NCBI GenBank assembly: GCA_964016885.1
Contig: OZ024742.1
Coordinates: forward strand, 265,794,001-265,858,000
Length of the DNA stretch: 64,000 nt
Direction of reading: 5' to 3'
Origin: Eledone cirrhosa
Taxonomy: Eukaryota
Shown piece after piece: positions 1-18,000 of this stretch (the stretch's first letter is position 1; every line of letters begins with the position of its first letter). The notes below the pieces were generated by a model. The model did not search any database, was not told where the DNA came from, and was given only the letters and a program-made list of their open reading frames with translations. The translations under genes and the position numbers were made by a program.

Positions 1-3000
1 CACTACCATCACCACTACCATCACCATTACCATCACTACTACCTTCAACATTACCATCAACACTACCATCGCCACTACCATCCCAACTACCATTACCACT
101 ACCTTCAAGACTACCTTCACCAATACCATCGCCACAACCATCGCCACTACCATCAACACCACCATCACCACTACCCTTGCCACTACCATCGCCACTTCCA
201 CCACCACTACAATTCCCTCTAAGATCACCACCACCATCACCACTACCATCACTACTACCATCACCACTACCATCACCACTACAATCACCACTACTATCAC
301 TACTACCTTCAACATTACCATGACCACTACCATCGCCACTACAATCCTCAGTACCATTACCACTACCTTTACGACTACCTTCACCACTACCATCACCACT
401 AACATCACCACTATCATCACCACTACCATCACCACCACCATCACCACTACCATCGCCACTACAATTCCCAATACCATCACCACCACCATCACCACTTCCA
501 TCACCACTACCATCACCACTACCATCACCACTACTATCACCACTACCATCACCACTTCTATCATCAATACCATCGCCACTGCCATCACCACTACCATCAC
601 CACCACCATCATCACTGCCATCACCACTACCATCACCACTACCATCATTACTGCCATCGCTACTACCATCACCACTACCATCACCACTACCAACACCACT
701 AGCATCGCCACTACCATCGCCACTACCATCACCACTACCATCACCACAACCATCGCCACTACCATCAACACTACCATGACCACTACCATCACCACTACCA
801 TCACCACTACCATTACTACTACCATCACCACTACCATCACCACTACCTTCACCACTACCATCACCACTACCATCACCACTACCTTCACCACTACCATCAC
901 CACTACCATCACCACTAACATCACCACTACCATTGCCACTACCATCACCACTACCATCACCACTACCATCACCACTACCATCACTACTACCATCGCCACT
1001 ACCATCACCACTACCATTGCCACTACCATCACCTCTACCATCACCTCTACCATCACCACAATAATCACCACAACCATCACTACTACCATCACCACTACCA
1101 TCACCACTACCATCACCCCTACCATCGCCACTACCATCGTCACTACCATCACCACGACCATCACCACAACCATCACCACTACCCTCACCACAACCATCAC
1201 CACTACCAACACCACCTTCATTATCACTGCCATCACCACTACCATCACCACTAACATCGCCACTACCATCACCACTACCATCACCACAACCATCGCCACT
1301 ACCACCAACAATACCATCGCCTCTACCCCCTCCCCTACCATCACCACTAACTTAAATACTACCATCACCACTATCATCACCACTACCATCGCCACTACCA
1401 TTGCCACTACCATCACCCCTACCATCACCGCTACCATCACCACAATAATCACCACAACCATCACCGCTACCATCACCACTACCATCACCACTACCATCAC
1501 TACTACCATTGCCACTACCATCACCTCTAACATCACCAAAAAATTCACCCTAACCATCCCCGCTACCATCACCACCTTCCATCACAACTACCATCAATAC
1601 TACCATCACCACTACCATCACCACTACCATCACCACTACCATCACCACTACCATCACCACTACCATTGCCACTACCATCACCTCTACCTTCGCCACTACC
1701 ATCACCACTACCATCACCACTAGCATCCCCACTACCATCACCACAACCATCACCACTACCATCACCACTACAATCGCCACTACCATCGCCACTACCATCA
1801 CCACTACAATCGACTCTACCATCACGACTACCATCGCCACTACCATCGCCACTACCATCACCACCACCATCATCACTGCCATCACCACTAACATCACCAC
1901 TACCATCACTACTACCATCGCTACTACCATCACCACTACCATCACCACTACCATCACCACTACCATCACCACTACCATCACCTCTACCATCACCACAATA
2001 ATCACCACAACCATCACCACTACCATCACCACTACCATCACCACTACCGTCACTACTACCATCACCACTACCATCACCACTACCATCAGCACTACCATCG
2101 CCACTACCATCGCCACTACCATCACCACGACCATCAGCAAAACCATCACCACAACCATCACCACTACCATCAACACTACCATCACCACTACCACCACCAC
2201 TACCGTCACCACTACCATCGCCACGACAATTACCACTACCATCAAGACTACCATCACCACTATAATCGCCACTACCATCACCACTATAATCGACGCTACC
2301 ACCACCACTACCGTCACCACTACCATCACCACTACCATTACCACTACCATCAAGACTACCATCACCACTATAATCGCCACTACCATCACGACTACCATCA
2401 CCACTACAAGCACCACTACAATCACCACTACCATCACCACTACCATCACTACTATCATCGCCACTACCATCACCACTACCATCACCACTACCATCACCAC
2501 TACCATCACCACTACCATCACCACTACCATCACACCACCATCATCACCACTACCATCACCACTACCAGCACCACTACAATCACCACTACCATCACCACTA
2601 CCATCACTACTACCATCGCCAATACCATCACCACTACCATCACCACTACCATCACCACAAGAATAACCCTAACCATCCCCCCAACCATCACTACCTTCCA
2701 TCACAACTACCATCACCACAACCATCACCACTAGCATCGCCACTACCATCGCCACTACCATCACCACTACCATCACCACAACCACCGCCACTACCATCAC
2801 CACTACCATCACCACTACCATCACCACTACCATTACTACTACCATCGCTACTACCATCACCACTACCATCACCACTACCATCACCACTACCATCACCACT
2901 ACCATCACCACTACCTTCACCACTACAATCGCCACAAACATCGCCACTACCATCATCACCACCATTACCACTACCATCACCACTACCATCAAGACTACCA

Positions 3001-6000
3001 TCACCACTACAATCGCCACTACCATCGCTACTGCCATCACCACTACCATCACCACTACCATCACCACTACCATCACCACTACCATCACCACTACCATCAA
3101 GACTACCATCACCACTACAATCTCCACTACCATCGCCACTACCATCACCACCACCATCACCACTACCATCACCACTACCATCACCACTACCATCACCACT
3201 ACCATCACCACTACCATCAAGACTACCATCACCACTACCATCACCACTACCATCACCACTACAATCGACTCTACCATCACCACAACCATCACCACTACCA
3301 TCACCACTACCATCACCACTACCATCACCACTACCATCACGACTACCATCGCCACTACCATTGCCACTACTATTACCACTACCTTCACCACTACAATCAC
3401 CACTACCATCGCCAATACCATCGCCACTACCATCACCACCACCATCACCACTGCCATCACCACTACCATCACCACTACCATCGCCACTACAATCACCACT
3501 ACAATCACCACTACCATCGCCACTACCATCACCACTACCATCGCCACTACCATCACCATTACCATCGCCACTACCATGACCACTACCATGACCACTACCA
3601 TCACCACCACCATCACCACTACCATCACCACAACCATCACCACAACCATCATCACTGCCATCACCACTACCATCAACACTGCCATCACCACCACCATCAC
3701 CACTACCATCACCACAACCATCGCCACAACCATCACCACTACCTTCACCACTACCATCACCACTACCATCACAACCACCTTCTCCACCACCATCACCAAA
3801 ACCATCGCCACTACCATGGCCACTACCATCACCACCACCTTCACCACCACCATCACCACTACCATCGCCACTACCATCGCCACTACCATCGACACTACCA
3901 TCACCACTACCATCACACCACCATCATCACCACTACCATCACCACTACCAGCACCACTACAATCACCACTACCATCACCACTACCATCACTACTACCATC
4001 GCCACTACCATCACCACTACCATCACCACTACCATCACCACTACCATCACCACTACCATCACCACTACCATCACCACTACCATCACATCACCATCATCAC
4101 CACTACCATCACCACTACCAGCACCACTACAATCACCACTACCATCACCACTACCATCACTACTACCATCGCCACTACCATCACCACTACCATCATCACT
4201 TCCATCACCACTACCATCACCACTACCATCACCACTACCCTCACCACTACCATCACCACTACCAGCACCACTACAATCACCACTACCATCACCACTACCA
4301 TCACCACTACCATCACCACTACCATCACTACTACCATCGACACTACCATCACCACTACCATCACCACTACCATCGCCACTACCATCACCACTACCATCAC
4401 CAGTACCATCACCACTACCATCACCACTACCATCACCACTTCTATCATCACTACCATCGCCACTACCATCACCACTACCATCACCACCACCATCACCACT
4501 TCTATCATCACTAACATCGCCACTACCATCACAACTACCATCACCACTACCATCACCACTTCTATCATCACTACCATCGCCACTACCATCACCACTACCA
4601 TCACCACTACCATCACCACTACCATCGCCACTACCATCGCCACTACCATCACCACGACCATCACCACAGCCATCACCACTACCATCACCACTACCATCAC
4701 TACAACCATCACCACTACCATTCACCACTACTATCACCACAACCATCACCACTACTATCGCCACTACCATCGCCACTACCATCACCACAACCATCACCAA
4801 GACCATCACCACAGCCATCACCACTACCATCACCACTACCATCACTACAACCATCACCACTACCATTCACCACTACCATCACCACTACCATCACTACTAC
4901 CATCGCCCCTACCATCACCACTACCATTGCCACTACCATCACCTCTACCATCACCTCTACTATCACCACAATAATCACCACAACCATCACCACTACCATC
5001 ACCACTACCATCACGACTACCATCGCCACTACTATCGCCACTACTATCGCCACGACCATTACCACTACCATCACAAGTACCATCACCACAACCATCACCA
5101 CTACTGTCGCAACTACCATCACCACTACCATCTCCACTACCATCACCACTACCTTCAAGACTACCTTCACCACTACCATCACCACAAGAATCACCCTAAC
5201 CATCCCCGCTACCATCACTACCTTCCATCACAACTACCATCACCACTACCATCACCACTACCATCAACACTAGCATCGCCACTACCATCGCCACTACCAT
5301 CACCACTACCATCACCACAACCACCGCCACTACCATCACCACTACCATCACCACTGCCATCACCACTACCATTACTACTACCATCGCTACTACCATCACC
5401 ACTACCATCACCACTACCATCACCACTACCATCACCACTACCATCACCACTACCATCACCACTACCATCACCACTACAATCGCCATAACCATCGCCACTA
5501 CCATCATCACCACCATTACCACTACCATCACCACTACCATCAAGACTACCATCACCACTACAATCGCCACTACCATCGCTACTACCATCACCAGTACCAT
5601 CACCACTACCATCACCACTACCATCACCACTACCATCACCACTACCATCAAGACTACCATCACCACTACAATCGCCACTACCATCGCCACTACCATCACC
5701 ACCACCATCACCACTGCCATCACCACTACCATCACCACTACCATCACCACTACCATCACCACTACCATCACCACTCCCATCACCACTACCATCACCACTA
5801 CAATCGACTCTACCATCACCACAACCATCACCACTACCATCACCACTACCATCACCACTACCATCACCACTACCATCACCACTACCATCACGACTACCAT
5901 CGCCACTACCATCGCCACTACTATTACCACTACCTTCACCACTACAATCACCACTACCATCGCCAATACCATCGCCACTACCATCACCACCACCATCACC

Positions 6001-9000
6001 ACTGCCATCACCACTACCATCACCACTACCATCGCCACTACCATCACCACTACCATCACCACTACCATCGCCACTACCATCACCACTACCATCGCCACTA
6101 CCATCACCATTACCATCGCCACTACCATCACCACTACCATGACCACTATATCACCACTACCATCACCACTACCATCACCACAACCATCACCACAACCATC
6201 ATCACTGCCATCACCACTACCATCACCACTGCCATCATCACCACCATCACCACTACCATCACCACAACCATCGCCGCAACCATCACCACTACCTTCACCA
6301 CTACCATCACCACTACCATCACCACCACCTTCTCCACCACCATCACCAAAACCATCGCCACTACCATCGCCACTACCATCACCACCACCTTCACCACCAC
6401 CATCACCACTACCATCGCCACTACCATCGCCACTACCATCGACACTACCATCCCCACTACCATCACACCACCATCATCACCACTACCATCACCACTACCA
6501 GCACCACTACAATCACCACTACCATCACCACTACCATCACTACTACCAACGCCACTACCATCACCACTACCATCACCACTACCATCACCACTACCATCAC
6601 CACTACCATCACCACTACCATCACCACTACCATCACCACTACCATCACCACTACCATCACCTCTACCATCACCACTACCATCACCACTACCATCACCACT
6701 ACCATTACTACTACCATCGCAACTACCATCACCACTACCATCACCAATACCATCACCACTACCATCACCACTACCATCGCCACTACCATCACCACTACAA
6801 TCGACTCTACCATCACCACTACCATCACCACAACCATCACCACTACCATAAACACTACCATCACGACTACCATCGTCACTACCAACGCCACTACTATTAC
6901 CATTACCATCGCGACGACCATTACCACTACCATCACCACTACCATTACCACTATCATCACCATTACCATTACCACTACCATCACCACTACCATCACCACA
7001 ACCATCGGCACAACCATCGCCAATACCATCACCACTACAATCACCACTACCATCACCACTACTATCACCACTACCATCAGAACTACAATCACCACTGCCA
7101 TAGCCACTATCATCACCACTACCATTACCACTACCATCACCACCACCATCACCACTACCATCACTACTACTAACACCACTACCATCACCACTTCTATCAT
7201 CACTACCATCGCCATACCATCACCACTACCATCACGACCACCATCTTCACTGCCATCACCACTATCAACACCACTACCATCGCCACAAGCATAAACACTA
7301 CCATCACCACAACCATCACCACTACCATCACCACTACCATCAACACCACCATCATCACTGCCATCACCACTACCTTAACTACTACCATCACCACTACCAT
7401 CACCACTACCATCACCACTACCATCAGCCTAACCATCCCCGCTACCATCACCACCTACCATCACCACTACCATCACAACTACCATCACCACTACCATCAC
7501 CACTACCATCAAAACTATCATCACCTTTACAATCGACTCTACCATCACCACTACCATCACCTCAACCATCACCACTACCATTACCACTACAATCACGACT
7601 ACCATCGCCACTACCATCGCCACTACTATTACCACTACCATTACCACTACCATCACCACTACCATTACCACTACCATCACCACTACCATCACCACTACCT
7701 TCACCACTACAATCACCACTACCATCACCACTACAATCACCACTACCATCACCACTACCATCACCATTACCATCACTACTACCTTCAACATTACCATCAA
7801 CACTACCATCGCCACTACCATCCCCACTACCATTACCACTACCTTCAAGACTACCTTCACCAATACCATCGCCACAACCATCGCCACTACCATCAACACC
7901 ATCATCACCACTACCCTTGCCACTACCATCGCCACTTCCACCACCACTACAATTCCCTCTAAGATCACCACCACCATCACCACTACCATCACTAATACCA
8001 TCACCACTACCATCACCACTACAATCACCACTACTATCACTACTACCTTCAACATTACCATGACCACTACCATCGCCACTACAATCCTCAGTACCATTAC
8101 CACTACCTTTACGACTACCTTCACCACTACCATCACCACTAACATCACCACTATCATCACCACTACCATCACCACCACCATCACCACTACCATCGCCACT
8201 ACAATTCCCAATACCATCACCACCACCATCACCACTTCCATCACCACTACCATCACCACTACCATCACCACTACTATCACCACTACCATCACCACTTCTA
8301 TCATCAATACCATCGCCACTGCCATCACCACTACCATCACCACCACCATCATCACTGCCATCACCACTACCATCACCACTACCATCATCACTACCATCAC
8401 CACTACCATCACCACTAGCATCGCCACTACCATCGCCACTACCATCACCACTACCATCACCACAACCATCGACACTACCATCAACACTACCATCACCACT
8501 ACCATCACCACTACCATCACCACTACCATTACTACTACCATCACCACTACCGTCACCACTACCTTCACCACTACCATCACCACTACCATCACCACTACCT
8601 TCACCACTACCATCACCACTACCATCACCACTACCATCACCACTACCATTGCCACTACCATCACCTCTACCATCACCACTACCATCACCACAATAATCAC
8701 CACAACCATCACTACTACCATCACCACTACCATCACCACAACCATCACCACTACCATCACCACTACCATCACCACTACCATCACTACTACCATCGCCACT
8801 ACCATCACCACTAACATTGCCACTACCATCACCTCTACCATCACCTCTACCATCACCACAATAATCACCACAACCATCACTACTACCATCACCACTAACA
8901 TCACCACTACCATCACCCCTACCATCGCCACTACCATCGTCACTACCATCACCACGACCATCACCACGACCATCACCACAACCATCACCACTACCCTCAC

Positions 9001-12000
9001 CACAACCATCACCACTACCATCACCACCTTCATTATCACTGCCATCACCACTACCATCACCACTAACATCGCCACTACCATCACCATTACCATCACCACA
9101 ACCATCGCCACTACCACCAACAATACCATCGCGTCTACCCTCTCCCCTACCATCACCACTAACTTAACTACTACCATCACCACTATCATCACCACTACCA
9201 TCGCCACTACCATTGCCACTACCATCACCCCTACCATCACCGCTACCATCACCACAATAATCACCACAACCATCACCACTACCATCACCACTACCATCAC
9301 CACTACCATCACTACTACCATTGCCACTACCATCACCTCTAACATCACCACAAAATACACCCTAACCATCCCCGCTACCATCACCACCTTCCATCACATC
9401 TACCATCACTACTACCATCACCACTACCATCACCACTACCATCACCACTACCATCACCACTTCTATCATCACTACCATCGTCACTACCATCACCACTACC
9501 ATCACCACCACCATCATCACTGCCATCACCACTACCATCACCAGTACCATCACCACTACCATCACCACTACCATCACCACTTCTATCATCACTACCATCG
9601 CCACTACCATCACCACTACCATCACCACCACCATCACCACTTCTATCATCACTAACATCGCCACTACCATCACCACTACCATCACCACTACCATCACCAC
9701 TTCTATCATCACTACCATCGCCACTACCATCACCACTACCATCACCACTACCATCACCACTACCATCGCCACTACCATCGCCACTACCATCACCACGACC
9801 ATCACCACTACTATCGCCACTACCATCACCTCTACCATCACTACAACCATCACCACTACCATTCACCACTACTATCACCACAACCATCACCACTACTATC
9901 GCCACTACCATCGCCACTACCATCACCACGACCATCACCAAGACCATCACCACAGCCATCACCACTACCATCACCACTACCATCACTACAACCATCACCA
10001 CTACCATTCACCACTACTATCACCACAACCATCACCACTACTATCGCCACTACCATCACCACTACCATCACCACGACCATCACCAAGACCATCACCACAA
10101 CCATCACCACTACCATCACCACTACCAACTCCACAAGAATCACTCTAAGCATCCCCGCTACCATCACAACTACCATCACTACTACCATCGCCACTACCAT
10201 CACAACTACCATCACCACTACCATGACCACTACCGTCACCACTACCATCACCACTACCATCTCCACTACCATCGCCACTATCATCACCACTACCATCACC
10301 ACTACCATCACCACTACCATCACCACTACCATCGCGACTACCATCACCACTACCTTCGCCACTACCATCACCACTACCATCACCACTACCATCTTCACAA
10401 CCATCACCACTAACATCACCACTACCATCACCACTAACATCACCACTACTATCACCACTACCATCGCCACTACCATCACCACTACTATCGCCACTACCAT
10501 CACTACTACCATCACCACTACCATCACCACCACCATTATCACTGCCATCACCACTACCATCACCACTACCATCACCACTACCATCACCACTACCATCGCG
10601 ACTACCATCACCACTACCTTCGCCACTACCATCACCACTACCATCACCACTACCATCTCCACAACCATCACCACTAACATCACCACTACCATCACCACTA
10701 ACATCACCACTACTATCACCACTACCATCGCCTCTACCATCACCACTACTATCGCCACTACCATCACCACTACCATCACCACTACCATCACCACCACCAT
10801 TATCACTGCAATCACGACTACCATCAGCACTACCATCACCACTACCTTCGCCACTACCATCACCACTACCATCACCACTACCATCACCACTACCATCACC
10901 AATACCATCGCCACTACCATCGCCACTACCACACCACTACCATCACCACCTCCATCACCAATACCATCACCACTATCATTACTACTACCATCGATACTAC
11001 CATCACCACTACCATCACCACTACCATCACCACTACCATCATCACTACCATCACCACTACCTTCGCCACTACCATCACCACTACCTTCGCCACTACCATC
11101 ACCACTACCATCACCACTACCATCTCCACTACCATCACCACTACCATCAAGACTACCATCACCACTACCATCACTACTATCATCACCACTACAATCCCCA
11201 CTACCATCAAGACTACCATCACCACTATAATCGCCACTACCATCACCACTATAATCGACGCAACCATCACCACTACCATTACCACAACCATCACCACTAC
11301 CATCACCACTACCATCACCACAACCATCACCACTACCATCACCACTACCATCACAACTACCATCACCACAACCATCACCAATACCATCGCCACTACCATC
11401 GCCACTACCATCTCCACTACCATCACCAATAACTTAACTACTACCTTCAACACTACCATCACCACTACCATCACCACAAGAATCACCCTAACCATCACCA
11501 CTACCATCACCACTACCATCACCACTACCATCAACACTACCATCGCCACTACCATCGCCACTACCATCGCCACCACCATCACCACAACCACCGCCACTAC
11601 CATCACCACTACCATCACCACTACCATCACCACTACCATTACTACTACCATCGCTACTACCATCACCACTACCATCACCACTACCATCACCACTACTATC
11701 ACCACTACCATCACCACTACCATCACCACTACCATCACCACTACAATCGCCACAACCATCGCCACTACCATCATCACCACCATTACCACTACCATCACCA
11801 CTACCATCAAGACTACCATCACCACTACAATCGCCACTACCATCGCTACTACCATCACCACTACCATCACCACTACCATCACCACTACCATCACCACTAC
11901 CATCACCACTACCATCAAGACTACCATCACCACTACAATCGCCACTACCATCACCACTACCATCACCACTACCATCACCACTACCATCAAGACTACCATC

Positions 12001-15000
12001 ACCACTACCATCACCACTACCATCACCAATACAATCGACTCTACCATCACCACAACCATCACCACTACCATCACCACTACCATCACCACTACCATCACCA
12101 CTACCATCGAGACTACCATCACCACTACAATCGCCACTACCATCGCCATTACCATCACCACTACCATCACCACTACAATCGACTCTACCATCACCACTAC
12201 CATCACCACTACCATCACGACTACCATCGCCACTACCATCGCCACTACTATTACCACTACCATCGCCACGACCATTACCACTACCATCACCACTACCATC
12301 ACCACTACCATCACCACTACCATCACCACTACCATTACTACTACCATCGCTACTACCATCACCACTACCATCACCACTACCATCACCACTACCATCACCA
12401 CTACCATCGCCACTACCATCGCCACTACCATCACCTCTACCATCACCACAACCATCACCACTACCATCACCACTACCATCAAGACTACCATCACCACAAC
12501 AATCGCCACTACCATCACCACTACCATGACCACTAAAATCGACGCTACCATCACCACTACCATCACCACTACCATCACCACTACCATCGCCAGTACCATC
12601 GCCACTACTATTACCACTACCATCGCCACGACCATTACCACTTCCATCACCACTACCATTACTACTACCATCACAACTACCATCACCACAACCATCACCA
12701 CTAACATCGCCACTACCATCACCACAACCATCACCACTGCCGTCACCACTACCTTCACCACTACCATCACCACTACCATCACCACTACAATCGCCCCTAC
12801 CATCACCACTACCATCACCACTACCTTCATCAGTACCATCACCACTACCATCACCACTACCATCGCCACTACCATCACCACTACCATCACGACTACCATC
12901 ACCACTACCTTCAGCACTACCATCACCACAACCATCGCCACTACCATCACCACCACCATCACCACTACCATCACCACTACCATCACCACTACCATCGCCA
13001 CTACCATCACCACTACCATCGCCACTACCATCACCACTACCATCGCCACTACCATCACCATTACCATCACCACTACCATCACCACTACCATCACCACTAA
13101 CTTCACCACTACCATCACCATTACCATTGCCACTACCATCACCACTACCATCACCACTACCATCACCACTACCATCCCCACTACCATCACCACTACCATC
13201 GCCACTACCATCACCACTACCATCGCCACTACCATCACCATTACCATCACCACTACCATCACCACTACCATCACCACTACCTTCACCACTACCATCACCA
13301 CAACCATCGCCACTACCATCACCACCACCATCACCACTACCATCACCACAACCATCGCCACTACCATCACCACCACCATCACCAATACCATCGCCACTAC
13401 CATCACCACTACCATCACCACTACCATCACCACTACCATCACCCCTACCATCACTACTACCATCACCACTACCATCACCACTACCATCACCACAACCATC
13501 GCCACTACCATCACCACTACCATCACCACTACCATCACCACAACCATCGCCACTACCATCGCCACAACCATCACCACTACCATTACCACTACCATCACCA
13601 CTACCATCAGCACTACCATCACCACAACCATCGCCACTACCATCACCACTACCATCACCACAACCATCACCACTACCATCACCACCAACATCACCACTGC
13701 CGTCACAACTACCATCACCACCGCCATCATCACTGCCATCACCACTACCATCGTCACTACCATCGCCACTACCATCACCACTACCATCACCACTACCATC
13801 ACCACTACCGTCGCCACTACCATTGCCACTACCATCACCCCTACCATCACCCCTACCATCACCACAATAATCACCACAACCATCACCACTACCATCACCA
13901 CAACCATCACCACTACCATCACCACTACGATCACCACTAACATCACCACTACCATCACCACTACCATCACCACTACCATCAAGACTACCATCACCACAAT
14001 AATCACCACTACCAACACCACTACCATCACCAATACCATCACCACTACCATCACTACTACCATCACAACTACCATCACCACTACCATCGCCACTACCATC
14101 ACCACTACCATCACCACAACCATCACCACTACCATCACCACTACCATCACGACTACCATCGCCACTACCATCGCCACGACAATTACCACTACCATCACCA
14201 CTACCATTACTACTACCATCGCTACTACCATCACCACTACCATCACCACTACCATCACCACTACCATCACCACTACCATCACCACTACCATCACCACTAC
14301 CATCGCCACTACCATCACCCCTACCATCACCACTACCATCAAGACTACCATCACCACTACAATCGCCACTACCATCGCCACTACCATCACCACTACAATC
14401 GACTCTACCATCACCACTACCATCACCACTACCATCAACACTACCATCGCCACTACCATCGCCACTACTATTACCACTACCATCACGACTACCTTCACCA
14501 CTACCATCACCACAACCATCGCCACTACCATCACCACAACCATCGCCACTACCATCACCACGACCATCGCCACTACCATCAGCACTACCATCACCACTAT
14601 CATTGCCACTACCATCCCCACTACCATCACCAGTACCATCGCCACTACCATCACCACTACCATCACGACTACCATCACCACTACCTTCACCACTACCATC
14701 ACCACAACCATCGCCAATACCATCACCACAACCATCACCACTACCATCACCACAACCATCGCCACTACCATCACCACCACCATCACCACTACCATCACCA
14801 CTACCATCGCCACTGCCATCACCACCACCATCAACACTGCCGTCACCACTACCATCACCACTACCATCACCACTACCATCGCCACTACCATCACCACTAC
14901 CTTCACCACTACCATCACCACTACCATCAAGACTACCATCACCACTACAATCGCCACTACCATCGCCACTACCATCACCACTACAATCGACTCTACCATC

Positions 15001-18000
15001 ACCACTACAATCGACTCTACCATCACCACTACCATCACCAATACCATCACGACTACCATCGCCACTACCATCGCCACTACTATTACCACTACCATCGCCA
15101 CTACCATCGCCACTACTATTACCACTACCATCACCACTACCATCGCCACTACCATCACCACTACCTTCACCACTACCATCACCACAACCATCGCCACTAC
15201 CATCACCACCACCATCACCACTACCATCACCACTACCATCGCCACTGCCATCACCACTACCATCGCCACTACCATCACCATTACCATCACCACTACCATC
15301 ACCACTACCATCACCACTACCTTCACCACTACCATCACCACAACCATCACCACTAACATCACCACTACCTTCACCACTACCATCACCACAACCATCGCCA
15401 CTACCATCACCACCACCGTCACCACTACCATCACCACTACCATCACCACTACCATCACCACCACCATCACCACTACCATCACCACAACCATCGCCACTAC
15501 CATCACCACCACCATCACCATTACCATCACCAATACCATCACCACTACCATGACCACTACCATCACCACCACCATCATCACGACCATCACCACTACCATC
15601 ATCACCACCATCACCACTACCATCACCACTACCATCGCCACTACCATCACCATTACCATCACCACTACCATCACCACTACCATCAACACCACCTTCTCCA
15701 CCACCATCACCAAAACCATCCCCACTACCATCACTACTACCATCGCCACTACCATCACAACTACCTTCGCCACTACCATCACCACTACCATCATCACCTT
15801 CCATCACAACTAGCATCGCCACTACCATCACCACTACCATCGCCACTACCATCACCACTACCATCACCACTACCATCACCACTACCATCACCACTACCAT
15901 CACCACAACCATCGCCACTACCATCACCACTACCATCACCACTACCATCACCACTACCATTACTACTACCATCGCTACTACCATCGCTACTACCATCACC
16001 ACTACCATCACCACTACCATCACCACTACCATCACCACTACCATCACCACTACCATCACGACTACAATCACGACTACCATCACGACTAACATCGCTACTA
16101 CCATCACCACTACCATCACCACTACCATCACCACTAACATCACCACTACCATCACCACTACCATCAAGACTACCATCACCACTACAATCGCCACTACCAT
16201 CACCACTACCATCACCACTACCATCACCACTACCATCACCACTACCATCACCACTACCATCGCCACTACCATCGCCACTACTATTACCACTACCTTCACC
16301 ACTACAATCACCACTACCATCTCCAATATCATCGCCACTACCATCACCACCACCATCACCACTACGATCACCACTACCGTCACCACCACCATCATCATTG
16401 CCATCACCACTACCATCACCACTACCATCACTACTACCATCGCTACTACCATCACTACTACCATCGCTACTACCATCACCATTACCATCACCAGTACCAT
16501 CACCACTACCATCACCACTACCATCAAGACTACCATCACCACTACAATCGCCACTACCATCGCCACTACCATCACCACTACCATCACGACTACCATCACC
16601 ACTACCATCACGACTACCATCACCACTACAATCGACTCTACCATCACCACTACCATCATCACTACCATCACGACTACCATCACCACTACCATCACCACAA
16701 CCATCGGCACAACCATCGCCACTACCATCACCACTACTATCACCGCTACCATCACCACTACCTTCACCACTACCATCGCCACTACCATTGCCACTACCAT
16801 CACCTCTACCATCACCTCTACCATCACAAAAATAATCACCACAACCATCACCACTACCATCAAGACTACCATCACCACAATAATCACCAGAACCATCACC
16901 ACTACCCTCACCACTACCATCACCCCTACCATCACTACTACCATCACCACTACCATCAGCACTACCATCACCAGAACATTCGCCACTACCATCACCACTA
17001 CCATCACCTCTACCATCACCACAACCATCGCCACTACCATCGCCACAACCATCACTACTACCATCACCACTACCATCACCACTACCATCAGCACTACCAT
17101 CACCACAACCATCGCCACTACCATCACCACTACTATCAGCACTACCATCGCCACTACCATCGCCACTACCATCACCACTACCATCAAGACTACCATCACC
17201 TCTACGATCGCCACTACCATCACCACTACCATTACCACTACCATCACCTCTACCATCAAGACTACCATCACCACAATAATCACCACTACCAACACCACTA
17301 CCATCACCACTACCATCACTACTACCATCACAACTACCATCACCACTACCATCGCCACTACCATCGCCACTACCATCGCCACTACAATCACCATTACCAA
17401 CACCACTACCAACACCACTACCATCACCACTACCATCACCACAACCATTATCACTGCAATCACCACTACCATCAGCACTACCATCACCACTACCATCACC
17501 ACTACTATCACCACTACCATCACCACTACCATCACCACGACCATTACCACGACCATCACCACTACCATCGCAACTACCATCTCCACTACCATCACCACTA
17601 ACTTAACTACTACCATCACCACTATCATCCCCACTACCATCGCCACTACCATCACCACCTACCATCACAACTACCATCACTACTACCATCGCCACTACCA
17701 TCCCCACTACCATCACAACTACCATCACTACTACCATCGCCACTACCATCCCCACTACCATCACCTCTACCATCACCACTAAAATCGACGCTACCATCAC
17801 CACTACCATCACGACTACCATCGCCACTACCATCGCCACTACTATTACCACTACCATCGCCACGACAATTACCACTACCATCACCACTACCATCACGACT
17901 ACCATCGCCACTACCATCACCACTACCATCACCACTACCATCACCACTGCCGTCACCACTACCATCACCACTACCATCAGCAATAACATCACCACTACCA

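Noticed and set aside
1545-11495. CCCTAA hexamers as telomeric repeats
   Set aside because: Single copies arising from ACC-CTA-ACC variants; never tandem.
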